Position numbers and translations under genes: made by a program. A DNA stretch of 63,997 nt, filler included, from Rhizaria sp. SCN 62-66 (taxonomy: Eukaryota), in NCBI GenBank assembly GCA_001724265.1. It is 5 parts of 5 records of this genome, joined end to end, with 100 filler letters (N's around TTAATTAATTAA, not from the genome) between each part and the next. Parts side by side here need not be neighbours in the genome. Positions count along the whole stretch, not along the records: positions 42,768 to 56,750 come from MEDY01000515.1; positions 56,851 to 63,997 come from MEDY01000605.1; 3 more parts are not named here. One strand, 5' to 3'. Below are positions 48,401-60,900 of this stretch, piece after piece. How positions within the stretch are numbered: position 1 is the stretch's first letter; each line of letters opens with the position of its first letter. The notes beneath the pieces are model-generated. The model saw only the letters and a program-made list of their open reading frames with translations, made no database searches and was not told the origin of the DNA.

Positions 48401-51400
48401 GCCTCGCGTGCCGCGCTCTCGGTCGCATTCCCCCACGTGTGGGGTGCCATCAAGAACAAGTGGGGCAGCAGCGGCAGCAGTCTAAGTCCCTCGAATACCG
48501 ATGTAAGTGCATCCTCGCAACTGCTCAGCGACTGCGGCGACGACGACGCTCAGGGCGGCGACTCCGCCGTCGCCGCCACCGTTGCCGCCGCCGGCGCGGG
48601 CGCGCTGAGCTGGCCGGTGCCGGGGGCGGCGCCTCTGCTGCCGGCTGCGGCCACGCTGCCGCTGTTGCAACAGCAGGCGATCGTGGAACTCGTGAGTAAC
48701 CTGTGGCTCACGCTGAGCAGCGCGATGTCGCAGTCCGAGTCGGCCCTGCTCGCTGCCATCGCGACCAACTGCAAGAACAACAGCACTACCCATAACACTC
48801 TCGGCAAGGGTGCTACAATCGCTCTCGCTCGTCTTTCTAAGGGCTCTACCATGGCTGACGACGACAGTGGTAATGCCACTGCTCCAAGCGCGCGTTTCAC
48901 TGCGAGTTTCCCTGCGAGTGCAACTGTGACACCGCCGCAGCAGCCGCACCCGCTGCAAACTGCCGCCCGCGAGGCCCTCGGCATGCTCCTCTCCGCTGCC
49001 ACCGCCACTACCGCCACTGTCTCGGTGAACAACAACGGCAGCGGCGGCGGCTCGGCCCTCGAGGTCGACTGCGAGACGGCCGCCGCCGACGCCGTCGCGG
49101 CCGCCTCGGCACTCGGCGCGGCCGCCGCGGGCGCCCCCGCCCCGCCCAGCGCGGCCGCGGCGTGGGCACAGCGCGAGAAGGCGCAGTCGCTCCGCGCCGC
49201 CGCGCTGCTGGGGCTGCGCGCGCTGGCCACCTTCCCCTCGTGCGTCGCCTTCGTCGCGCCGCCGCGGAACGGCGATGCGAACGGACGCAGCGCCGGCTGC
49301 GCCGATGCGACTACGACTGCAAATGAGACTGGGACTGAGACTGAGACTGAGACTGCGAGCGCGAGTGCCAGTGCGGAGACGCTAGCCCAGCTGTCCCTGC
49401 CCGGCGCCCGCGCCGTGCTGCTGCGCCGCAGCGACCTCATTGCAGCGACGCTCGCGGTCGCGGCCGCTCAGAGCAACGTCCGTCCCTCCGCCCTGGCCGC
49501 CGCACTCACCGACTCGGCCAGCGCCCAGTCCACCCCCAGTGCGGGCGCAAGTGCCAGTAAGACGGCGAAGCTCTCTGTCCGGCTCTCTGCTGTGGGGCTC
49601 GCTGCGCTGGCGCAAGGCGCCCCGTCGCTGGCCCCGCCCGCCCAGGCCGTGCTCGCGATGGCTGACGCGTTCGCCCGGGACGTCGCCGCGCGGTCCCTGG
49701 CTCATTTCCACAGCACTGGCAACGCTCACGGCACCGATGACTCGTCTGATAGTGAGAACATCAGCGCGAGCGCGAGCGCGAGTGGGTTCTATGGCGTGAG
49801 TGCCAGTGACATCTACTCCAAGCTCAGCAACAGCACCAGTCGCCCGAGCACTACGCCTGCGACTGTGAGTGCCGGTGCCGGTGTCGATCGCGAGAGCCTT
49901 GACCCCGCCGCCCCCGGCACCGCCGCCGCCGCAGTGCTGCTGCTGCGCTGTTCGGCCTTGCTGGCCCGCGCCGCCCCGCACATGCCGCGGCTGACCGCCT
50001 CCGCCATCGCCGCCCTCTCCAGCGCCCACGGCGACGGCGACGGTGACGTGAGCCCAGTCTCCCCCGTCACAAGTACTGCCACGGGTACTGCCCCTTTCAA
50101 CGGTTCCTCTGCGCAGAGCCGCGTGTCCATCACCAGCGCCGATGGCCGCAGCCGCGCGCAGGTCTCGTATGCCCTGGCGCCTGCCTTCGCCTTCTCGCGC
50201 GGGCTCGCCGGGCTGCGGGCCGTGATGGGCGCTAACCCGCTGCTGGTGCCGCTGGCGGAGCCCGTGGTGCGAGGACTGGTGGCGCGGTGCCTGCCCGGTG
50301 CGCTCAGGGCCGAGTCCAACAGCAACGCAGCCGCCGCGTCCGAAGCAGAGGCTGAGACCGAGTCGGAGACTGATGCCGCTGCCGGCGAGTCTGCCCTCGC
50401 GGGCTCCAGTGCGAGCGCCGCAGTCGCGGGCTCCACAGTCGCGGGCGCTGCCGCAGTGTCCGCGGTGGCCGTGCTGACGAAGCCCCTCACTGCCCCCCGC
50501 ACGGCGGCCGTGCTGTTATCGACGCTCATCGCGCTGCTCCGCGACGTCAACGTCACCACCGCCGCCACCGCTGCGGCCGCCGCAGCCGCCGCGAATGCTG
50601 CCCCGGCTGCGAACAGGTTCAGCCTGTTCGACCCTGCTGCTTCGAAGCCCGCGGCCGCCGCTGCGCCTGGGCTGGGCGAGATGGAGGCCGTGGCCGCTCT
50701 GCTGTTATGGAGACTCGGCCGCGATCTGCTCTCGATGCTCCTGCTCTCGACCTCCAACAACAACAACAACAGCAGTAGCATCGGCAGCAGCGGCGAGAAC
50801 GAGAGCGCTGCGCGGTCCTCCAGCCACGTCTTCACGACGACGGCCCTGTGCGCCGCCTCGGCCCGCGCGCCCGTCGCCGACGCCACGGCCGTGCTGCTGC
50901 GCGCCCTCACCGCGGCGGCCCCCGCGGCGGCGCAGGCGCGGTTCATCGCCCCCGTGGCCGCACTCTTCCTCGGTCAGGGCATCCAGACTGGCCTGGCGGC
51001 CAAGGCAGCCGCAGTGGCACGTCGCATCAACCAAGGAGCCGATAACGACTGCGATGATGATGACGACGAGGACGACACTGATGCTAGCTCGATCGGCGCG
51101 CTGTTTCCCCTCGCTGTGTCAGGCGACTGCGACCCTGAGACCGTGTTCCCCGCCACCACTGCGAGCAGCTCCACTGTGAGTGCAAATGTGAGTGCGAGTG
51201 CCGGTGACCGCAAGTACCCCGTCGCCATGGCCGCGGGTCACCCGACGCACTGCAGGCTGGTGCCGCTGCTGGCGCTGCTGCTGGCCGCTCTCAGGCCCGA
51301 CGTCGTCGTTGCTCTCGGCAATGGCCAGTCTGGCAGCGCCTCGCAGTCGCAGACGGCGACCTTGATGACGGCGCTGACGCAGCTGGCCCTCTCGGCCAAC

Positions 51401-52903
51401 CCCCTCAGTCTGAGTCTGGTTAACAGCTCCACTGCTGACTCTGGCTCTAGCTCTAGCTCTAGCGCGAGCGCTGACTCTGCTATGACGACGACGACGAACC
51501 AGCCGCACCTGCCCTGGCTAGCGGCGCGCTTCGCGCTCATCTCGCTCACGCTGCTGCTGCCGCCGCAGTCGCCGCTGCTGGCACACGTCACGGACACGCT
51601 GCTGCCGTACTTACTGGACCGCGCGCACGCCGACTCGGCGCAGTTCGCGTTGGCGCAGCCCAAGTGCGGCGCCCTCGGCGGCTACCTGCGCTCCTCGGCC
51701 CTCAAGACCGCGGCGTGCCTGCTGCACGCGCTGGTGCAGCGCGGTGCCCTGGGCCCCGCGGCCCCCGCCACCGTGCCGCTGCTGGCGCGCTTTGTCGCCC
51801 TCACCGCCAAGCCGGACTCGCAGTCCGCTTCTGCGGCATCCAGCACTGACTCTGTCTCTAGCGCGGCCGCCCCCGGCTCGGTGGTGGACGTGCGGTCTGC
51901 AGTCGAGGCCGACTGGCGTGTGGCCTCCCAGGCCGCCGTGGCTCTCTCTGCGCTCGCGTCGCCCAACTTCTTCGCGCTTGCGGCCTCGGCCTTCTCGCCA
52001 AACACCAGCACCGACTCCGCCAGCAACGGCGACGCCGACGCCAGTGCGAGCGCGGCCGCTGCCTCTGGCGCTGGCGCTGGCTCCGTAGGTCTGCTAGCAA
52101 CGGTGGCTCACTTCCGCCCGCCGCCGTTCATCGCGCACCGCTACTTCGCGTTCGTGCTTCCCTTGCTGTCCCCGTCCGCCAGCGACGCCACGACGGCGAC
52201 TGTGATGTCGGATTCCGACTCTGCCTCTGCCTCTGACAGTAGTGCGAGTGCGTCGGCCGTCGTGCCGACCGCGCTGCGCCAGCTGTCTCTGACGCTGCTG
52301 CTGTCGCATTCGCCGCTCGCGGCCGCGGCTCCCGCGCTGCAGTCATTGCTGCCCGCACTCATCGCCGGGCTGGGCTCGCAGTGGGGCGCGCTCCGGCTCG
52401 CCACGGTCACCGCGCTCTTCACCCTCTTCTCGCCGCCGCAGTCCGCCGCCGGCAATCCCGCCAACAGCAACGGCAATGTGAGCGCGAGCGCGAGTGCGGA
52501 CGCGATGGTGCGTGCCGCCGCGCAGCGCGAGCGCGCCGCCGCCGCCGCGTCCGTGGCGGCCGCGCTAGTGCCTCACGCCCCCGCGGCCGTGGCGGCACTC
52601 GCCGGGCTGGCCACGGCCACGGGCGCCGGCGCCCCCGCCGCGGCCCGTGTCACCGCGCTCCGCTGCCTCGCGCTCCTCGCCTCGGGCGCCGCCATCGTCA
52701 GCGGGAACCCACATAGTAGCGGGGTGGGGGCCGGGCTGCTCGCGCCCGCGGCCCGCGGCGTCGCGCGCGCAGTGGTGATCAAGGCGGCGGAAGCGGCGGC
52801 GGCGGACCGCAAGGTCGCAGTGCGGCTGGCCGCCGTGCGCTGCAAGGCTAAGTGGCTGCTCGTGCCCGCCCCCGGCAACGCAGCCGCCGCGGGCAAGCAA
52901 TGA
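45471..52903 (+). CDS. MMS19: MMS19/MET18 (cytosolic Fe-S assembly targeting factor), expanded to about 2351 aa; join(45471..45863,46040..46618,46820..52903)
   Basis: N-domain motifs DSEKDPRNLL and IFENISCFFPITF. C-terminal motifs RVTALRCL and DRKVAVRLAAVRCKAKW (compare D.KR.VR..AV..R..W). Two phase-0 GTACGT introns; ends in TGA. Confidence 0.88.
46702..46742. repeat. Perfect 19-bp inverted repeat with a 3-nt loop in MMS19 intron 2
   Basis: TTAAAGTAGTATAGGGTAG-AAG-CTACCCTATACTACTTTAA. Confidence 0.95.
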
Positions 52904-53662
52904 AGTGGAACTCTAGTACGAGTGTGGTTCTGCTGCAAACAAAAGCGTTGTTTTTAAAAAATATATATGTTTTATGTATTGTATAACAACACGTGTCAAC
53001 TTGTTTATGTTGATGCTCTTTTATGCTATTAGTGATCTTGGTCTCTATTTTTGTGATCTTTTTACCGGTTTTGACCGTCTTGTCAAACGTCTCTTGAGTG
53101 ATTCAGTCAGCGTGATGCACATAGCTTTGTTTTTGTTTTGTGAGTGTTTATGTCATTTAAGATCAAATTTCATATCAGTGGCACTATGTTGCGTTGCTCT
53201 TGGATCAACGTGACAGTGATCGTGGTTACTGAGTTCTGAGTTTTTACGACAATCGTAGCGTGAGTTACGAGAAGACTCAATATGGTCGCTATTCTGGGAA
53301 CATTAGCTATATGGAAGGAAATGATTGCGTTCTTATGATTTATACACATATGTGATTTTATAAATTGTGTTTAAAAAATTAATCTCCGCATAAGTCGATG
53401 TGTTTTTGACGTCATACATCAGTTGCGACGTGCGCTTGCGCAGCGCCGTGAGAAGACGGACGAACGGGGAATATAGCCGTTGGAGCCCGGCACAGGAGGA
53501 GCTTTCGAAACGAGAGTTAACTTTGATGGTATATAACAGAACAAAATTGCCGTTCTTCAAAATGATATTAATTGCCTGTGATAACATTATAAGTGCATAT
53601 GTTAAATCTTTTTTAAAAACTGTCCCTTATGAATTACTTGACTTCATTTTCCTCCAGAGGCG

Positions 53663-55095
53663 ATGTCGACTCTGAGCGACAGGCTCCCCACCGCCTTCAT
53701 GGCACCGATTGAGGTGCAGACCCCGGAGGACATGCTTGACGCGATTGAGGCACACGAATTCAACTTTCTTCGCCTCTACGAAGAGGCAAACCCGACGGAC
53801 CCTGACACTCTGAGCCAGCAGTATCGCACTTTGCTCGCCGTCAAGAATGACTACGTGCAGACGCTGAGCAAGCTCCGTGTGCTCGAGACCCTCTCCACCG
53901 AGGCCGCGCTCGAGCACAATACCTCTGATAGCGTGCTCTCCGAGCTCAAGAGCTCCGTTAGCGTTGCCAGGACTGGCATGTCGGAACTACGCAACGATGT
54001 GGCGTCGCTGGAGAAGGAGCTGGACAAGCAGATCACCACGCTCATGAAGGCCGTCAACAAGTTCCAAAACATGCGCCAGGTACGCTATATATGACAGTAT
54101 TGATGAACGTTGGCATCTTCACACTGTGGTCACGAAATATTTTATGTCGCTACTCCTTCTTGTCGTGAGATGTGATCATGTAAGACGTTTAACTTCTCTC
54201 ATTTCACACCACCATGAAACTCTCTCTGTCTTTGTTTACAGGAGTTCGACGACGCCTGGGCCGACCCCGCTGCTGAGAAGAACCGCCTTGACATTGCAGC
54301 TCTGGCCGCGCGTGACGCCAAGGAGGGCGCCTTTGGTTACGCCCCCAACGCTGCCGCGCTCGAGATGTCGACCACCGCCGCCTGCGACGCCACTCTCGCC
54401 CGTCAGGTACGATTAAAACCTCGATACTATGCCCAAATACTTCTCGGAAATGGTGCCCCTCAATGATATAATGTTTCCTTTTGAGACGTCGATAATATTT
54501 TGAACGCAAGCTCACACAATCCTTGTATTTCTGAATCTACTTTTCTTGCACTGTTAAGGCTGAAGTTCTGGCCGCTCTCGAGGCCGAATGCGCCTCCCAC
54601 CGCGCCGCCGCGGCCACAAGTGCCGCCGCCGTGGCCGCACTGGCCTCCCGCAAGGACGCTGTGGCCGCCCGCGAGGCCGCACTTGCCCGCGACGCCGCCA
54701 TGGCGCCCGTGGCCGCCGCGCTCGAGGCCGAGGCCGCGGCCATCGCCGCTCAGACCGCCGCGCTGTCCGCCTTCAGCGGCATCGAGGTCGACCTCTCGCT
54801 ACTCGCGTCGCGCGGGCTTGTTCAGGTCGTATTCCGCAGGATCCTGATGTCGACCGACGGCAGGCGTTCTCCGCACGCTGTGCTGAACGTCACTTTTGCG
54901 CCATCAAACGCGAGCGCCGGTGCAAGTAACAGCGAGTTCCGGCTGACGCGCGCGCAGCTTGTGATCCCCGGCTTCGTCCCCAGCAACGGAGCTGCCCCTG
55001 TGGACATCAGCCACATCGTGGAGCACGCGGTTGAGACGCAGGACCTGCCGTTCCTCGTGCAGCACGTGCAGGCGGAACTCTTCAACCTCGTCTGA
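53663..55095 (+). CDS. Coiled-coil plus RWD-like protein, probably the Zwint-1/Kre28/Sos7-type kinetochore subunit, about 372 aa; join(53663..54079,54242..54406,54559..55095)
   Basis: The exon structure is clear (phase-0 GTACG introns, TGA end). The family call comes from remembered similarity only: LSKLRVLETLSTEAAL is Sos7-like, followed by a long coiled coil and a C-terminal DISHIVEHAV..DLPFLV. Confidence 0.5.
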
Positions 55096-55420
55096 GTGAA
55101 ACACACATTCACATCTAACGCGCTTGCGATGGAGTAATGACAGCCTGTTGAGCGTGTGGCGCACTATCGATGAAACGGGCCAGAAGATATGTTGCTGGAG
55201 TGTTGGCGTAAACAGTGGATGTTCATGCGGATCACACTCGGAGAAGCAACCAACGCACGATAGAAATATTCAAGAACAAAATAAAACGTGACTTTTCATC
55301 GCTGAAACAATGTCGGCTGTGATTCAGGATTAGTAACATGAATTGTATTGTCTGTGATTGCTGCAGCTAGCATCGATTTAGAAACTATATAATCAATCTA
55401 CGTTTTAATGAGCAGATAGC

Positions 55421-56750
55421 TCACTCAGCTTCGCCCACGTTGCGTGCACGCACCTGTGACTGCCTGGTCTGCTTATTCTTGCTCACAAAGAACAGCTTAT
55501 CGCAGTACTCATCGGCCTTGATGCGGTCGATAAAGTCCTTGTCGTGCGTGATTAGAATCATCTGGAACCCGCGTTGCGTGCGCCGCTTCGCCAGCAGCCG
55601 CGACAACGCGGTTGCGAGGTTGCGCGCGTTGGCTTTATCCAGGTTCGTCGTCGGTTCGTCCAGCGCCAGCACGTTGCACTTAGAGCAAAAGACCTCGGCC
55701 AGTGCGAGCCTGATAAGAAGGCACACCAGCACCTTCTGCCCCGCGCTGCAGCGGCCGCGCATCTCGAGCTCCTGCCCGTCGCGCACCATGATGACTCGGT
55801 AGTGAGTCTTCTTCCGCCCCAGTCCGGCCCCCAGCGCGCCCGCGCCCGCGCTCGCACTCGCGCTCGAGCTGCTTGCACTGGCCGCGGGCGCGCTGTCGTC
55901 GGGAGCCTCGCCGTAGATCTTGACGGTCTCGATGTCGGTGCCCGCGTACGTCTCCTTCCAGTGCTCGGCGAGGACCTTGTTCACCTCGTTCAGCTTCTCG
56001 CTGTGAAACATCATGATCGCGCCATCCAACGCGTGCGCGTAACGGACCAGGTCCTTGTGCGCGCTGCCCAGGGCAACGCGTTCCGCGACCGCGCGGCGGA
56101 GGTCCAGAAAGCTGCTGGCGTACTCCGGCTGCGCGAGCTTGCGCTCGTGCTCTGCGGCCACGTCCAAAAGCTTGCCGGCGCGCGCGCGAGCCTCGGCAGC
56201 GTCGTCGGCCAGCTTGCGCTCCAGACCGGCCACCGCGTCCCAGTCCACGATGACGTTGCTGAACCGCGCGGGGTCGTTCTCGCCATCGCACATCGCGCCC
56301 GTTCCCGCACCCGTGCTCGCGGTGGCAGTCGGCTTCTTACGGAATAGGCCCAGGATCTCACGGCCACAGGGAACCCCAAGCATCGCCTCGATCACCGCAG
56401 CGTTGCTGCCCTCAGCATTCGGGTCCTTCTCCGCCTCGGCCACGGCGGCCGCGGCCTCGGCAGCCCGCGCGGCCGCCGCGGCCGCCTCGCTGCGCGCGCG
56501 CAGCCAGTGTCCCGCGCCTGACGCCGCAAGGGCCTCATGCGCGCTCTCGCGGCCCGCGGCGGACTTGACCTCGGCCGCGCCGGCGCAACGCTCGTGCAGC
56601 TGCTCGGCCGTGGCCAGCTCGGCGCGCGCGCTCTTCAGCGCCGCCCGGGACGTACCGGCTACGCGCCAGCGCCGCCTGCGCTCGCGTGCCGCGGAGACTA
56701 GGTCCGTGGCCGCGGCAACGAAGCTCTGCAGCAGCGCGGCGGGCGCGGCG
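55421..56750 (-). CDS. RAD50: DNA repair protein RAD50, C-terminal part (5'-partial at the gap)
   Basis: Motifs LDGAIMMFHSEKLNEVN..W..TY.G.DI, signature MRGRCSAGQKVL, Walker B LALDEPTTNLD and H-loop ILITHD. It ends in TGA. Confidence 0.95.
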
Positions 56751-56850
56751 NNNNNNNNNNNNNNNNNNNNNNNNNNNNNNNNNNNNNNNNNNNNTTAATT
56801 AATTAANNNNNNNNNNNNNNNNNNNNNNNNNNNNNNNNNNNNNNNNNNNN
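56751..56850. other. Artificial contig linker
   Basis: N44-TTAATTAATTAA-N44. Confidence 0.97.
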
Positions 56851-57965
56851 TTTGATCAGACCGTCATGGCGTTGTTTGACGGTACGAACACGTGCGGGGC
56901 GGACACGCGGATCAGGCACTACACTTTCACTCTACGCCAGTGATGTACAGACAACACATGACGGGACTTAATGTGAATAGAGGGTATATGCTTGCGTATG
57001 TCTGCTTGTGTATGTCATGTTTTGTTTTTGTTTTGATTGGAGTTTTCTTGGTTCTTGAAATACATTCGTGTTAGACGGTGACGGTTTTCTTTCATATTTT
57101 TTTTAACGACAGGTGGTGCCGGAACAAAATCCGTGTATTGTTTGAAAGGAACACTCTGATTTAACTAAAAAACCAGATAAGTTAGCCAGCGGACATGACC
57201 AAAATGTCGAGTCCGAGGCATGCACAGGTATCACATCAGCGTCCAACGTGCATATGAAAGATGGGGGAAAAAAACGTGCATAAGGTTCATAATAAAAAAC
57301 AACGGTAGATTCGAAAAAAGATTTTGTAGTCCATATACACACTGTGTTTAACTGTTGATTATGACAACATGTCTTCGATATTAATAGTCGCGAGTACATG
57401 TGCATGAGCTCCAACACGTCAATCGCGTGCTGATACTCAAATGTAGTTTTGTGCATTATTAAGGAGCCGAAGCAGAGTAATAATCAGCGACACAGGTAAG
57501 GAAAATATGATCGTATCTGCTCAAGATGAGCGCGTATTAATCAATGGAAAGTGTCGTCGTTTTGCGTTACAACGGTTAAATGAGTTCATACAGAAAAATA
57601 CTGACAGAGAAAATTATCGTTCTGCTTCTCACCATGAATTACATCATGAATTGAGGGGACAGACTGCTGTGTAGTGCATGTTAATGTTCTAATATGTCGT
57701 GGTCTTAAGAGAATTTTTAACTCTTGCCGTAGTCGTGTCTAATGAGTTTGGTTTTGACGGATGTCACGACCAGATCAAGGGACACGTGACGTCGTCATGA
57801 TAACCGATCGCAGAAGCAGAATCGGTAACGATGGCCTTAGCAAGATCCATCTCGATGCGTGCTATACAATGGAAACAGCAATCGTGTTCAAAATCAGGAA
57901 GCATTATGCAGAGCAGGGTACACGTGTAAGTGTTCCACCGAGTACTTAAACGATAACCGCCATCT

Positions 57966-60900
57966 CTACATACCACCCCTCGTCGTCGCCGGAGCGCCGT
58001 TGGCCGCATTTGTCTGGCCGTGAACAGGGACGCCGTTATCAGTGCTGCTTGCGGACGAGTCGACGGCCACCTTGTTCGAGCGAGCGAAACAGAGACACTT
58101 CATGGCATAAGCGATAAAGATGCAGAGTGCAATCAGAAAAGCGGCGCCAATCGGAACAACGATTGCGACAATCAACGTGGTGTCATCATTACTGCCACTA
58201 TTGCCACCGGTTCCGCTGCCATCAGCTTCAGTGTAGTCGTTAGTGCCAAATGACGCTGGCAACTCGTCCCCGTCCTCTGCATTAACATCATTTACAGTCA
58301 TTCCAGCTGCACTGTTGAGCCAGCTGTTATCGCCACCAGCATCCGCAAGGCTGTTGCCGCCTGCAATCAAGTCAGCCTTGAGCGCGTTAACCGCGACATA
58401 CAGGCCGCCCATGTTCGCGCCCGCCGCCGCCGCCGCGAGCGTTGTGAAGTGCGCAGTGATGTCGAAGTTATGCCGCGTTGATGTCGTGTTGTCGAGTAAG
58501 ACCGTGCCGAGGACATTCTGAGGTCCCGCAACCCACTGAGTGGAGCAAGCACTCGAGCTCGTAATGTCGAGCTCAAACTTGAACTGCTTAGCGGTGGCGT
58601 TGAGGCTGACAAGGCGTGCTGCAGTAGTCTTTGTGCCCATTGCCATGACAGTAGCCATTGCAGCGCCCTGAGTCGCAATCCATGTCTTAAAATTGGCGCG
58701 CAGAGCCTCCGTAACCGCGGTGTTTGCAGCCGTAACCCAGTGGGTCGTGTTTTTATCCACGTGCCCGACAAGACCGAGCGTAATGAACCGACACAGACAC
58801 TCGCTCTCCTCGGTGAAGCCAGCCTCGCACATGCACTTGTCACAGTCAGCGCTAGCGACGGCCTGGTTGTAGCAGCTGCGCTGGCACGCACTGCAGACCG
58901 CGCCGCCCCAGGCGCCCGTCGCGGGGCACGTACACGCATCGTTGCAGTCGACATCGCCGTCTGGGGATACAGTGCCTGAGTAAAAGCCCTCATGTTGACA
59001 GGTGCCGCTGGGTTCGCCACAGCCAGCCTCTTCGGCCGGAGTGCGGCAGTTATCGCCGGTAAACAGCGGAATACCCTCACCATTAGTGCGGCAGATGCAC
59101 GTGGCGCGCTGCGTGTTTGCATCAACGTTGCAGAAAGACGCTGTCGCGACACTGCAGCCAATGGTAGCACAGGGCGGGACAGAGCAGAGCGCGCCGGACC
59201 AATCCCCTTTGCACTCGCACTGCTGTGTGTCAGTGTTGCATGAGCCATGCGCGCCGCACTTAGAATAACACGCGGCCTGAAGGGTGAAGCTGTCGCTCTC
59301 GTTGGTGACTGCAGTGGAGTACTGTACGTGAAGGGTGTACGCTTCTGTGGTCCTCTTAAGCGTGCTTGGCAACGTAAAGTTAAACACAAAGCGCTCACCT
59401 TGCTCGTAAAAGCTCAACGCGCTCGGCTTGACGCGGCCTAGTGTGACTTTGGTAATTGTGTTGGTGGGCGCCACCGGCTTCAAAGTCAAAGTGAGCCAGC
59501 GTGGGACTGTCTCTAAGCTTGCAAGAAAAGCTGTCATATCTGCATCGGTGCTCAACATTGGGAACGAAATCCAAACATTAAGCACATCATCAACCTGATA
59601 GAAATCGACAAATTCGACTGAGAATGGATTCGCGCAATCAGCGCCAAACCAGTTGTCTGCACAGACGCAGTCGCCGGCAGCATCGCTGTACTGGCGCCCC
59701 ACGGCGTCGCCGAGGGCGCGCGCGACGCACTGACCGCCGTTCTTGCACTGCATAGGGCTCGCATACGTGCACTGCGTGTAGCTTGCGGCGGGAGCGGGCA
59801 GTGACGCGCAGAGGAAAGGCAAGACCGTTACCGGTGGCAGCTCAATACCCGTGCCAGTTAAGGTCGCCAAACATGCGTACTTAATATATGAGCTCTGGCG
59901 GCACGCTGTGGGGAATAAAGGGCAAGACGTCACGTTAACCCGCGACCAGCTGTACGTGGTGGTCGCGCCGTCTTCCGGACACGCAGGTAACATGCACGAC
60001 GCCGTGGGCTGTTCGGCGTTATCGCCGCCAGTGCACAGCTTTGAGGGGACAGAGACTCCGGTTACTTTGTGGACGCAGATTGCGGGCGTAATGGCCAACG
60101 GACTCTGCGCCGTGTGATTGGTGTAGCAAGTTAACGCGGTCGTATTAACTGTGCAGCCGTCGTTGACAGTGGCGCGCGCCTCGCAGTCCGACGTCAAATC
60201 GGGACAGGTAGCCGTCGCGGCAGGCTTGGCGACGGCACTGCACTTAGAGTCAACCGCAGCCTGGCCGTTTACAACACAAATTACAACGTGGCGCGTGGTG
60301 CCGGTGCCAAGCGCGCAACCATCTTTGGGGCACGTGTTCTCGAAGACGACAGTGTTAGAGCAAAGCGTGCCGGATCCAAACTCGACGTTGTCTTGGGCAG
60401 CCCTATCAGGCGTCAGGCAGTGCCACGCGGGGTTCGCGCTACAGCCAGTGCTACTAGAGCATTTTTGCGAATTTGCCGGCGGCGGCGACACAACTGAGCA
60501 CGGAGACGTGTTGATATTTTCACGGTTATAACTCTGCGTGAAAGAAGGGTACGTATATGAAACGGCGTCGTCTTTGCCCACCATCGCACAGCGCACGGCA
60601 CGATGCGCAATGCCAGTGCCGCAGCTGCTGCTGCAGACAGCGTTGTTTAGACTAACGAGGGTTCTGGAGCACGGGCGCCAGGTCAGATTCTCATCGTCAA
60701 GTCCGTAGACGTCGTTCGCAAGGGCGCATTGCCACTCGTACCGATTGCACATAAATGAACCGCACTCACGCTCAAGCGCTGGCGCGTTTGCGACGCCCTG
60801 GCACTGCGTTGTACGCACGGTGCTTTTGCTGAAGGTTGGAGCCGTTATGTCAATGCAGAAGGTCTTGCGCGTCTGCGAGCCAAATCCGCATTTCTCAGCG

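Noticed and set aside
45471-56750. Genome-maintenance gene cluster (MMS19, kinetochore protein, RAD50, plus ATAD5 and H2A)
   Set aside because: Only three share a contig, their functions are loosely related, and chance adjacency in a gene-dense genome is sufficient.
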